Position numbers and translations under genes: made by a program
Shown here: positions 55,648 through 64,000 of the stretch, piece after piece
Numbering within the stretch: the stretch's first letter is position 1
How the letters are laid out: every line of letters starts with the position of its first letter
The notes under the pieces: model-generated
What the model saw: only the letters and a program-made list of their open reading frames with translations
What the model was told of the DNA's origin: nothing
Databases searched by the model: none
NCBI GenBank assembly: GCA_963717935.1
Contig: CAVQXP010000004.1
Span: forward strand, 768,001-832,000
DNA length: 64,000 nt
Direction of reading: 5' to 3'
Source of the DNA: Candidatus Eiseniibacteriota bacterium
GTDB taxonomy: Bacteria; Eisenbacteria; RBG-16-71-46

Positions 55648-56883
55648 TCAGCGCGCCGCCAGCCCGAAGCGCGCAACCGCCTTCGTGGCGATCGCGCGCC
55701 CGATGGTGATCGAGGCGGTCGCCGCGGGCGAGGGGGCGTTGAGGACGTGGATCATGTGCCCGGCCTCGACGATCAGGAAGTCGTCCGCGAGCCTGCCGTC
55801 GGGTTCGAGCGCCTGCGCCCGCACTCCCGCGCCCGCGCGCACGACGTCCGCGCGCCGGAGCTCGGGGACGAGGCGCCGGAGCGCCGCGACGAAGGCGCCG
55901 CTGCGGCTCGAGCGCCACGATTCGTGGAGCCCCATGCGCCAGTGGCTGAGCCCCATGCGCCAGAAGCCGGCGTACGCGAGCAGTTCGGCCGTGTCGCGCA
56001 GCGAGAAGTCCGCCCGGCCGTAGCCCTCGCGCTTGAGCGCGAGCACGGCGTTGGGTCCGGCCTCGACCCCGCCGCGCACCCTGCGCGTGAAGTGGACGCC
56101 CAGGAAGGGGAAGGCGGGGTCGGGCACGGGGTAGATGAGGTTGCGCACCAGGCCATGTCTCTGCGGCACGAGGTCGTAGTACTCGCCGCGGAAGGGGACG
56201 ATGCGCACGCCGGGCTCGACGCCGCAGAGACGCGCCACGCGGTCGGAGTGGAGCCCGGCGCAGTTGACCAGCGAGCCGCAGCGCAGGGCGCCCCGCGCGG
56301 TCTCCAGTACGAGGTCCGCCGCCGCCCCGCCGGGCGACGGGTCGCGCCGGCAGGCGGTGACGCGCGCGTCCGTCACGACCTCGCCCCCCGCGCGGCGCAC
56401 GCAGCCGGCGTAGGCCTCGGTGACGGCGGCGTAGTCCACGATGCCGGTGTCGGGCACGAAGAGCCCGGCGACTCCGCGCGCGTGCGGTTCGCGCTCGCGG
56501 ATCTCCTCCGGGCCGAGACGGCGCAGGCCCTGCAGGCCGTTCGCCCGGCCGCGACGCTCCAACTCCTCGAGCCGGGGCAACTCGCGCGGGTGCACGGCGA
56601 GCACGACCTTGCCGCAGCGCTCGTGGGCGATGCCGTGCTCGGCGCAGAAGCGGTAGAGCGCTTCGCGGCCCGCGACGCAGTTCTGCGCCTTGAGCGAGCC
56701 GGGCCTGTAGTAGAGGCCCGAGTGGATGACGCCGCTGTTGTGGCCGGTCTGGTGCGCGGCGAGGTGGTCCTCGGCCTCGAGCACGACGACCGAGGCGCGC
56801 GTGCGTTCGGCGAGGACCATGGCCGTGGCCAGGCCGACGATGCCGCCGCCGATCACGGCGACGTCGCAACGGTCGGGGTGCAC
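55648..56883 (-). CDS. lhgO: L-2-hydroxyglutarate oxidase
   Basis: GGGIVG, HQTGHNSGVIHSGLYY, PFRGEY, FPFLGVH, NAPSPAAT. Confidence 0.9.
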   Translation of the reverse strand: MHPDRCDVAVIGGGIVGLATAMVLAERTRASVVVLEAEDHLAAHQTGHNSGVIHSGLYYRPGSLKAQNCVAGREALYRFCAEHGIAHERCGKVVLAVHPRELPRLEELERRGRANGLQGLRRLGPEEIREREPHARGVAGLFVPDTGIVDYAAVTEAYAGCVRRAGGEVVTDARVTACRRDPSPGGAAADLVLETARGALRCGSLVNCAGLHSDRVARLCGVEPGVRIVPFRGEYYDLVPQRHGLVRNLIYPVPDPAFPFLGVHFTRRVRGGVEAGPNAVLALKREGYGRADFSLRDTAELLAYAGFWRMGLSHWRMGLHESWRSSRSGAFVAALRRLVPELRRADVVRAGAGVRAQALEPDGRLADDFLIVEAGHMIHVLNAPSPAATASITIGRAIATKAVARFGLAAR

Positions 56884-57032
56884 GCTCAGGCTCGCTCCAT
56901 GCCGCGCAGAGTCCAACGAAGCGGGTCGCGAGGCAAGGGACGACGGCCGGCGGGGGCTCGCGGCCGGGGTCGCGAAGCGCTAGGGTCATGCCGATCGGAT
57001 GGCCCTCGTGGGACCGGGGCCGGGAGGGTGCG

Positions 57033-57689
57033 ATGAGCGAGAAGCCTCACGTCTTCGAGAGCCCGGCGATCACCGTGACCTGGATCCGGCGGCGCTGCAT
57101 CCATGTCGCCGAGTGCGTGCGCGGCCTGCCGGCCGTCTTCAAGCCCGGGAGCGTCCCGTGGGTCGAGCCGGCGCAGGCGGCCGCGGCCCGTGTCGCCGAC
57201 GTCGTGTGCCGCTGCCCGACGGGGGCCCTCCACTACGAGCGGCACGACGGCGGCGCGGCGGAGCCCGTGCCCGTGGTGAACGCGGTGCTGCCCGAGCCCG
57301 ACGGACCGCTCTACCTGAAGGGGGATGTCGAGGTGGTGGCGGAAGACGGCCGCACGGTCGCCCGCGACACGCGCATCGCGCTGTGCCGCTGCGGTGCCAC
57401 GAAGAACCGGCCGTTCTGCGACGGCAGCCACTGGGATGCCGGCTTCGACGACGCAGGCCGCCTGGGCGAGGGCGGCGCGACCGCCGGGGGCGAGGCCGGT
57501 CCGGGGCCGCTCCGGGTCGCGTTCGGCGCCGGCGGGCCGCTCTTCCTGCAGGGCCGTTTCGTGCTGAGCAGTGCGGGGGGCGAGGCCCGCCGCGAGCTGG
57601 GCGAGGCGGAGTTGTGCCGCTGCGGCGTCTCGCGGAACCGGCCGTTCTGCGACGGCAGTCACACGGAGACGGAGTCGCGGGAGGGCTGA
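57033..57689 (+). CDS. Fe-S protein: DUF1271-type ferredoxin plus two CDGSH domains
   Basis: CIHVAEC, CPTGAL, two LCRCG..KN/RNRPFCDGSH motifs. Confidence 0.92.
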   Translation: MSEKPHVFESPAITVTWIRRRCIHVAECVRGLPAVFKPGSVPWVEPAQAAAARVADVVCRCPTGALHYERHDGGAAEPVPVVNAVLPEPDGPLYLKGDVEVVAEDGRTVARDTRIALCRCGATKNRPFCDGSHWDAGFDDAGRLGEGGATAGGEAGPGPLRVAFGAGGPLFLQGRFVLSSAGGEARRELGEAELCRCGVSRNRPFCDGSHTETESREG

Positions 57690-57699
57690 GGCCGCGCCC

Positions 57700-60600
57700 T
57701 CAGTTCCGCGTCCGTCCGGGCGGTTCCGGGGACTCGAGGAATGCCTCGACCCGCCAGCCCGCGGCCTCCGCGGCCCGCAGGCGCTCGGTGAGCGAGCGCT
57801 CGAGCGTGCGCGCGGCCTCCAGGTCGGGCCGCGGCGTGGCGGCGATCGCGAGCAGCGCGCGCAGCGCCATCCACCACACCATCCGCTCGAAGGGCTCCTT
57901 GCGGAAGTAGTGGGCGCCCTGGTGCTCGTGCTTGCCGATGAGCCAGGCGACGTCGGGGTCGTCGAGCCAGACGTAGGCTGCCGCCGGGCGCGCGGCGAGC
58001 TGGGCCGCGCCCGGCGCCCAGGCGGCGTGCGCGAACGCGGCGCGCACGCGCGCGGCGGCGCGCCAGCGCGGCTCGCCCTCGAGCCCCAGCACGGCGAACG
58101 CGTCGGCCATCGGCTCGCGCAGGCGCAGGGACTCGAAGAGCCGGACCGCCGCGCGGTCGGGGTCGGCCGGATCGCAGGCGCGGCCCAGGGCCTCGAGCGC
58201 GCACCAGGCGAGCAGCGTGCCCCAGATGCCGGTCGCGTGCTCGCGAGCGCCCCCCGCGGTGGGAAGCACGGCGCACGCCTCGTCGGGCCAGGGCGTGCTG
58301 AAGCGCGCCTCGAGCGCGGGCAGCCGGAGCGCGGCCTCGAGCCGCCGCCGCAGCACGCCCGCGGCCGCGCGCGCGTCGCCGGTCCATGCGTGCGCCGCCG
58401 CCGGGCCGGGCACGGCCGGCACGGGCGCATGCCGCCGCGCGGCCTCGAGGAGAAGGGCGGCACGGCGCTCGGCCTCGTCCAGCAGGGCGCTGCAGCGCGT
58501 GGCGCGCGCGGGTGTCTCGGTGGCCGGAGCGGCCTCGGCGAGCGCGGCGGCAGCGACCGGGTCGAGCAGGGCGCGCAGCGCCTCGTGCACCGGCCGCAGC
58601 TCCATCTCGTGCAGGGCCTCGTCGAGGCTGGGCACGCCGCGCCCGGCCAGCTCGGCGCAGAGCCGCGCCCAGGGCCGCGCGCCGTCGTCGCGCACCTCCT
58701 GCCAGTCGAGGAAGACGTGACAGCGATAGGCGCCCAGTTCGGCGTAGAAGCCCTTCTCCGCCAGCTCCTTCTGGCCGCGCAGGTACTCGAGTCCGGTCGA
58801 GGCCTCGCGATAGCGGACGAAGAGCGCAGGGTCGGCGCGGAAGCCGAAGGCGTCCCCGAGCGAGCGGCGGTGGAGCGTGCGGGTGTCGCCCTCCTTCACC
58901 GCGTAACCGCAGGACAGTCGGATCCAGCCGCGGGTGCCCGCGTGACGGTTGCAGTAGAGCACCAGTGCCCGCTCGCCGCCGCGCTGGTTCGAGTAGGCGA
59001 AGACGTCCTCGTTGACCCAGCCTTCGTCGGTGAAGAAGTCGTAGAGCAGGAAGTCGCGGACCCCGGCGAACAGCGCCCGCCGGTGCAGCAACGGGCTGAT
59101 CTCGCGCTCGTGGCGCGCCACCAGCCACGGGTCGGGCTGCTCGTCGTGGTAGGCGCGGCGATATTCCATGCCGTACTTCTCGGCGAAGCCCTCGACCTGC
59201 CCGTGCCCGAACATGGGCAGCCCGGGCAGCGTGGCCATCAGCGTGCAGATGCCGAAGTACTTGTCGCCCTTGCCGAACTGCTCGACCGCAGTGCGCTCGT
59301 CCGGGTTGTTCATGAAGTTGACGTAGCGCTTCAGCACGTCGGCGTCGAACTCGAGCGTGTTCTTGATCACGCTGCGGTAGTTCGCGTTCTCCTCGTCGCG
59401 CAGCATGTTCATGAAGGCGCTGTTGTAGACCCGGTGCATGCCCAGGGTGCGGACGAAGTAGCCCTCCATGAGCCAGAAGGCCTCGGCCAGGAGCAGCGTG
59501 TCGGGCGCCTCGGCGGCCACACGGTCCACCACCTCGCGCCAGAACTCCTGCGGGATGGCGTCGTCGAAGTCGGCCTTGGTGAGCCCCTGCCCGGCGCGCG
59601 AGGGGATGGCCCCGCCGGTGCCCGGCTCGGGGAACCAGAGCCGCTGGTAGTGGCGCTTGGCCAGCGTCATGGCCGCGTCGAAGCGGATGATGGGGAAGCG
59701 GCGCGCCACGGCCAGGATGGTCTGGATGACGGCCTCGCGCACCTCGGGCCTGCGGTAGTCGAGCTGGGCGGTGTCGTTCCACGGCATCGAGGTGCCGTCG
59801 TTGCCGTGGTAGACGTAGCGTGCTTCGCCGCTCCAGCGGTCGAGGCGCTTGAAGACCACCGCCGCGTCGCTGCGGTCGTAGTAGTGGTCCTCGACGAAGA
59901 TGCCGACCCGGCCGTCGTTCGACAGGTCGGGGCCGTCGAAGCGGTAGGCCGGGTAGGGGCTGTGGCCGAGCTGCACGAACCAGTCCGGGTGCTCGATCAC
60001 CCAGCGCGAGTCGATGCCCATGTGGTTCGGCACCATGTCGCTCGCCAGCCGCAGGCCGCGCGCGCGGGCACGCTCGCTCAGAGCCTCGAACGCGGCCTCT
60101 CCGCCGAGGTCGGCGGAGATGACGTAGTCGAGCAGCGAGTAGGCCGAGGCCACCGCCTCGGGGTTGCCGCAGGCCTGCTTGATGCGCTGGGAGGCCTTGC
60201 TCCGCTCCCACACGCCGATGAGCCACAGCCCCGTGAAGCCGCGGCGCGTGAGCGTGTCCAGCTCCTCGTCCGGGATCTGGTCGAGCCGGGTGATGGCCCG
60301 GCCGTAGCGGCGCGAGAGCTGGTCGAGCCACACGTAGACGGTCTTGGCCAGCAGCACCACGCGCGGCATCCAGTCGAGGTCGCGGCTGAAGCGCTCGTAC
60401 TCGTGCTCGAGCCCGCGGAAGCTCGGGATGGCGCCGGCGCCCGAGTCGCCCAGCGGCGGCGGCCACGCTCCGGCGGGCACCGGCGGGTGGAAGCGCAGCC
60501 AGACCGCCAACTCCTCCTCCTTGAGCACGTCGAGCCCGGTGAGGAGCCGTGCGAGCGCGTCGCCCAGCAGCGCGCCCCAGCGCTCGCGGATGAAGGCCAG

Positions 60601-61272
60601 CTGGCCTTCGAGGGAGTCGGGCGAGGCCAGCGCGGGCGCGCGCAGCATGTCCACCAGGTTCTGCTCGTCGGGGCCGAAGCGCGGACGGGTCTCGAAGTAG
60701 TCGCGCAGCGCGCTGGTGATGCCCGGGTAGGCGGTCGCCGCGGCGAGGGCCGCGTCGTCGAACAGCTCGCGGAAGGGCTTGAAGGCCCGGTTCAGGTTCG
60801 CCAGCCAGAGCATCATCAGCTCTTCCAGCGCCACCGCGCGGTGCGGCACGTTCCCGCTCACGCCGTTCAGCCACGAGGCCGCCGTGAGATCGCCGCGGTA
60901 GACCGACACGGTGGGGAAGCGGTCGGCGAATTCGAGCAGGGCGCGGTCCAGCGCAGCGCGCCCCAGCCGGGCTTCGAACCAGGCGAGCGCGTCGGTCATG
61001 GCGCGCGGGTCCCGGTGCTCGCGGTAGGTGGCCACCACCAGGTGCAGCACCTCGTCGATGAGCCCCATGGCGTTGAGCGAGCCCGGGGCCACCGCGCGCT
61101 CGGGGTGCTGCTCCGCCTCGCGCACCGTGTTCATGCGGTGGGCGAAGGCGCGGCTCGCCTGCAGGTCCGCGAAGACGACGTTGCCCGTGATGCTGAAGAG
61201 CGGGTCGTCGAAGCCGTAGCGGTCGCGCGCGGCGCGTGACACGTGGAACTCGAACGTCGGTCCGTCGCTCAT
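57700..61272 (-). CDS. Large GH13 alpha-amylase family protein
   Basis: DMVPNH, IRFDAAM, AEAFW, NNPDE, GQVEG. Confidence 0.88.
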   Translation of the reverse strand: MSDGPTFEFHVSRAARDRYGFDDPLFSITGNVVFADLQASRAFAHRMNTVREAEQHPERAVAPGSLNAMGLIDEVLHLVVATYREHRDPRAMTDALAWFEARLGRAALDRALLEFADRFPTVSVYRGDLTAASWLNGVSGNVPHRAVALEELMMLWLANLNRAFKPFRELFDDAALAAATAYPGITSALRDYFETRPRFGPDEQNLVDMLRAPALASPDSLEGQLAFIRERWGALLGDALARLLTGLDVLKEEELAVWLRFHPPVPAGAWPPPLGDSGAGAIPSFRGLEHEYERFSRDLDWMPRVVLLAKTVYVWLDQLSRRYGRAITRLDQIPDEELDTLTRRGFTGLWLIGVWERSKASQRIKQACGNPEAVASAYSLLDYVISADLGGEAAFEALSERARARGLRLASDMVPNHMGIDSRWVIEHPDWFVQLGHSPYPAYRFDGPDLSNDGRVGIFVEDHYYDRSDAAVVFKRLDRWSGEARYVYHGNDGTSMPWNDTAQLDYRRPEVREAVIQTILAVARRFPIIRFDAAMTLAKRHYQRLWFPEPGTGGAIPSRAGQGLTKADFDDAIPQEFWREVVDRVAAEAPDTLLLAEAFWLMEGYFVRTLGMHRVYNSAFMNMLRDEENANYRSVIKNTLEFDADVLKRYVNFMNNPDERTAVEQFGKGDKYFGICTLMATLPGLPMFGHGQVEGFAEKYGMEYRRAYHDEQPDPWLVARHEREISPLLHRRALFAGVRDFLLYDFFTDEGWVNEDVFAYSNQRGGERALVLYCNRHAGTRGWIRLSCGYAVKEGDTRTLHRRSLGDAFGFRADPALFVRYREASTGLEYLRGQKELAEKGFYAELGAYRCHVFLDWQEVRDDGARPWARLCAELAGRGVPSLDEALHEMELRPVHEALRALLDPVAAAALAEAAPATETPARATRCSALLDEAERRAALLLEAARRHAPVPAVPGPAAAHAWTGDARAAAGVLRRRLEAALRLPALEARFSTPWPDEACAVLPTAGGAREHATGIWGTLLAWCALEALGRACDPADPDRAAVRLFESLRLREPMADAFAVLGLEGEPRWRAAARVRAAFAHAAWAPGAAQLAARPAAAYVWLDDPDVAWLIGKHEHQGAHYFRKEPFERMVWWMALRALLAIAATPRPDLEAARTLERSLTERLRAAEAAGWRVEAFLESPEPPGRTRN

Positions 61273-61560
61273 GAGGTCCGCAGCATAGCAGGGCGTGGCA
61301 AGGTGACGTAGACGGGCGGATCGTGCCGGCGCGACGGTGCCTGCTCGTCCCGAGCGAGGGGTCGCACCGGGCCGGAGGGCGAGCGTGAGGGCAATCAGCC
61401 GCCCTCCGGCCCGGTGCGGCCCCCCCGGGGAGGTCCGGCTGGAGCGGCGGCCCGGCCCGGGTGCGGCTCGCGGCCCCCTGCCCGTCGCTTGCCCGCCATC
61501 GCGTTGAAGTGCTACACGGTGGGCGCGCACGAAGCAGCCCTCACCCCGGTGGCCGACCGC

Positions 61561-62847
61561 ATGCCCGACGCCCGACCGAGCACCCGCAGTCCCTGGGCCT
61601 GGATCCCCTCGCTCTACGTGGCCGAGGGGCTCCCGTACGTGGTCGCGATGACGGTCTCCGTCATCATGTACAAGCGTTTCGGGATCTCGAACACCGACAT
61701 CGCGCTCTACACGAGCTGGCTCTACCTGCCGTGGGTGATCAAGCCGCTGTGGTCGCCGGTCGTGGACCTGCTCGGGACGCGCCGCCGCTGGATCTGGGCG
61801 ATGCAGTTGCTGATCGGCGCGGCCCTGGCTGGCGTGGCCCTGGTCGTCCCCGTGCCGCACTTCTTCCGCTGGACGCTGGCGTTCTTCTGGCTGCTGGCGT
61901 TCGATTCCGCCACGCACGACATCGCGGCGGACGGTTTCTACATGCTGGCGACGACCGAGAAGGAACAGGCCTTCTTCGTCGGGATCCGCAGCATGTTCTA
62001 CCGGATCGCCACGATCGCGGGCCAGGGAATGCTGGTGATGCTGGCCGGCACGATCGAGAGCCGCACCGGGAACCTGCGGCTGGCGTGGTCCGTGGCCATG
62101 GGCGGGCTGGCCGTCCTGTTCCTGGGGTTCGGGCTCTGGCACCGGCTCATCCTGCCGCGGCCGGCGGTGGACCGGCCCGGGGAGGCGCGCCGGATCCCGC
62201 ACTTCCTCAAGGAGTTCCTGGCCACCTTCGGCTCGTTCTTCCGCAAGCCGCGCATCGTGGTCCTGATGCTGTTCCTGCTGCTCTACCGCTTCGGCGAGGC
62301 GCAGCTCGTGAAGATGGTCTCGCCGTTCCTGCTCGATCCGCGGGCGCAGGGGGGGCTGGGGCTGACCACGACCCAGGTCGGCTTCGTCTACGGCACGGTC
62401 GGCATCATCGCGCTGACCCTGGGCGGGATCCTCGGGGGCTGGGCGGTGTCGCGGCACGGATTGAGGTCGTGGCTGTGGCCGATGCTGCTGGCGATCCACC
62501 TGCCGGATGCGATGTTCATCTACCTCGCCTACGCCCAGCCGGCGAGCCTCGCCGTCATCCAGCTCTGCGTGGCCGTCGAGCAGTTCGGCTACGGCTTCGG
62601 CTTTGCGGCCTACCTGCTCTACATGATCCACATCGCGCGCGGCGAGCACCAGACGGCGCACTACGCCATCTGCACCGGTTTCATGGCGCTGGGCATGATG
62701 CTCCCCGGGATGTGGAGCGGCTGGCTGCAGGAACTCATCGGCTACCGGCACTTCTTCGTCTGGGTGATCCTGGCCACGGTGCCGAGCTTCCTGGTGGTGC
62801 TCTGGATCCCACTCGATCGCGGGTTCGGGAGGAAAGCGACCGCCTGA
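61561..62847 (+). CDS. AmpG-like MFS transporter
   Basis: AEGLP, LPWVIKPLWSP, SATHDIAADG, YRFGE. Confidence 0.88.
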   Translation: MPDARPSTRSPWAWIPSLYVAEGLPYVVAMTVSVIMYKRFGISNTDIALYTSWLYLPWVIKPLWSPVVDLLGTRRRWIWAMQLLIGAALAGVALVVPVPHFFRWTLAFFWLLAFDSATHDIAADGFYMLATTEKEQAFFVGIRSMFYRIATIAGQGMLVMLAGTIESRTGNLRLAWSVAMGGLAVLFLGFGLWHRLILPRPAVDRPGEARRIPHFLKEFLATFGSFFRKPRIVVLMLFLLLYRFGEAQLVKMVSPFLLDPRAQGGLGLTTTQVGFVYGTVGIIALTLGGILGGWAVSRHGLRSWLWPMLLAIHLPDAMFIYLAYAQPASLAVIQLCVAVEQFGYGFGFAAYLLYMIHIARGEHQTAHYAICTGFMALGMMLPGMWSGWLQELIGYRHFFVWVILATVPSFLVVLWIPLDRGFGRKATA

Positions 62848-62963
62848 CCGGGGCGCGGGGCCGTGGGGCGGCCCGGCCGGCACCCGGGGCTTCCGGCCGC
62901 CGCCGCCGAGGGCTAGAATCGTGGCGACCGCACCCCTGGAGCCGCACCTCATGGAGGCCACCC

Positions 62964-63908
62964 GTGTCGATCCATCACCTTGCCGCCGTGTCGCTCGTCC
63001 TGGGCCTGTTGCTCCCGGGCGCCGCTCGGCCCGCCGCGGTCCCGATCGACGGCGTGCTGGACCCGGACTACGGCGTGGCGCTGAGCACGCAGACGAACGC
63101 CACCGTGGGGTGGCCCGACGCCAGCCTCGGCCTCGTCGGTGGCTCGAACGGCTATGAGCTGGATCAGGCCTACGGCTTCGTTTCCGACGGGACGCTCCAC
63201 CTCTTCCTGGCGGGCAACCTGCTCTGCCAGGGCAACCCGGTCGACTACGGCATCTTCACCTACAACCTGTACCTCTTCATCGACTCCGGGCCCGGGGGGC
63301 AGAACCGCCTGCGCGCCGACAACGCCGACCTGGACTACGGCGCGCTCAACCGGATGGCCGGCCTGACCTTCGATGCGGGCTTCGAGCCCGACTACTGGCT
63401 GGGCTGTCGCGGCTACCTGGCCGATTACTACGACCCGGCGAGCCTGTACACGCTGTACGCCTGGCAGGCCGATCTGCTCACGGACGGCGCCGGCAGCGGC
63501 TACCTGCTGGGCACGACCGGGGCGGGCGGTCCCGGCACGCTGTCGGGCGGCACCAACCCGGACGGCATCCAGGTCACGGTCGACAACCGCAACACCGCCG
63601 GCGTCACCTCCGGCTGTGGAGCCTCCTCCGGTGCGGGGGTCGCGACCGGCGTCGAGTGGGCGATCCCGCTCGCCGCGATCGGCGATCCGGGCGGATCCGT
63701 CAGGGTGTGCGCGGTCGTGGCCACCAGCGCGGCCTACTCGTTCCTCCCCCAGGTCCTGGGTCCGCTTCCTCCCGGGACCTGCGCGCTCGGGGCGCCATCG
63801 GGGATCGACTTCGACAGCCACGCGGGTGAGCAGTTCTTCACGGTGGCCGGCGAGACCCTGGCGGCCCGCGCTTCGAGCTGGGGACGCCTGAAGACGCTGT
63901 ATCGCTGA
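62964..63908 (+). CDS. Secreted protein ending in SSWGRLKTLYR
   Basis: GGAGG RBS plus GTG; signal peptide; IDG..D..YG, ELDQAYG, GVEWAIPL. Confidence 0.75.
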   Translation: MSIHHLAAVSLVLGLLLPGAARPAAVPIDGVLDPDYGVALSTQTNATVGWPDASLGLVGGSNGYELDQAYGFVSDGTLHLFLAGNLLCQGNPVDYGIFTYNLYLFIDSGPGGQNRLRADNADLDYGALNRMAGLTFDAGFEPDYWLGCRGYLADYYDPASLYTLYAWQADLLTDGAGSGYLLGTTGAGGPGTLSGGTNPDGIQVTVDNRNTAGVTSGCGASSGAGVATGVEWAIPLAAIGDPGGSVRVCAVVATSAAYSFLPQVLGPLPPGTCALGAPSGIDFDSHAGEQFFTVAGETLAARASSWGRLKTLYR

Positions 63909-64000
63909 GTCCGCTGGGGAGGTTCCAGGCGGCCGCCCGCGCCCGGGGCCGGCCGTTTCCCGTCCGCGCGCGGGGAGAGCGGAGGGTCCGGTTTCCCCTC

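Overview
Very GC-rich bacterial chromosomal segment. Gene content and a C-terminal 'SSWGRLKTLYR' tail suggest an FCB-related candidate phylum such as Ca. Eisenbacteria; this is inference. Most of it is housekeeping: secD-secF, guaB, a complete F1Fo ATP synthase operon, speA, lhgO, peptidases, a CPA2 antiporter, a cyclophilin, a GH13 enzyme and an AmpG-like MFS. The first ~8.3 kb carries many single-base frameshifts in conserved genes, probably assembly errors. I found no rRNA, tRNA, CRISPR array or transposase. Most notable: (1) a three-gene operon at 9.1-13.9 kb behind a sigma54-like motif, encoding a degenerate MCP, a CheA-architecture protein missing its phospho-His and ATP-binding boxes, and a REC-GAF protein with a dead HD-GYP-like domain, i.e. 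a 'pseudo-chemosensory' system; (2) an accessory block at 20-26.5 kb resembling a rearranged Pseudomonas sigX-cfrX-cmpX-oprF envelope module, with a 1004-aa OmpA carrying 26 pentapeptide repeats; (3) an in-frame AtpI-subunit a fusion and a truncated epsilon subunit; (4) a candidate C-terminal WGxxK sorting motif; (5) repeated leaderless promoter architecture; (6) D-S/T-x sequons in exported linkers; (7) a perfect 30-bp inverted repeat. All family calls come from motif recognition, not database searches.
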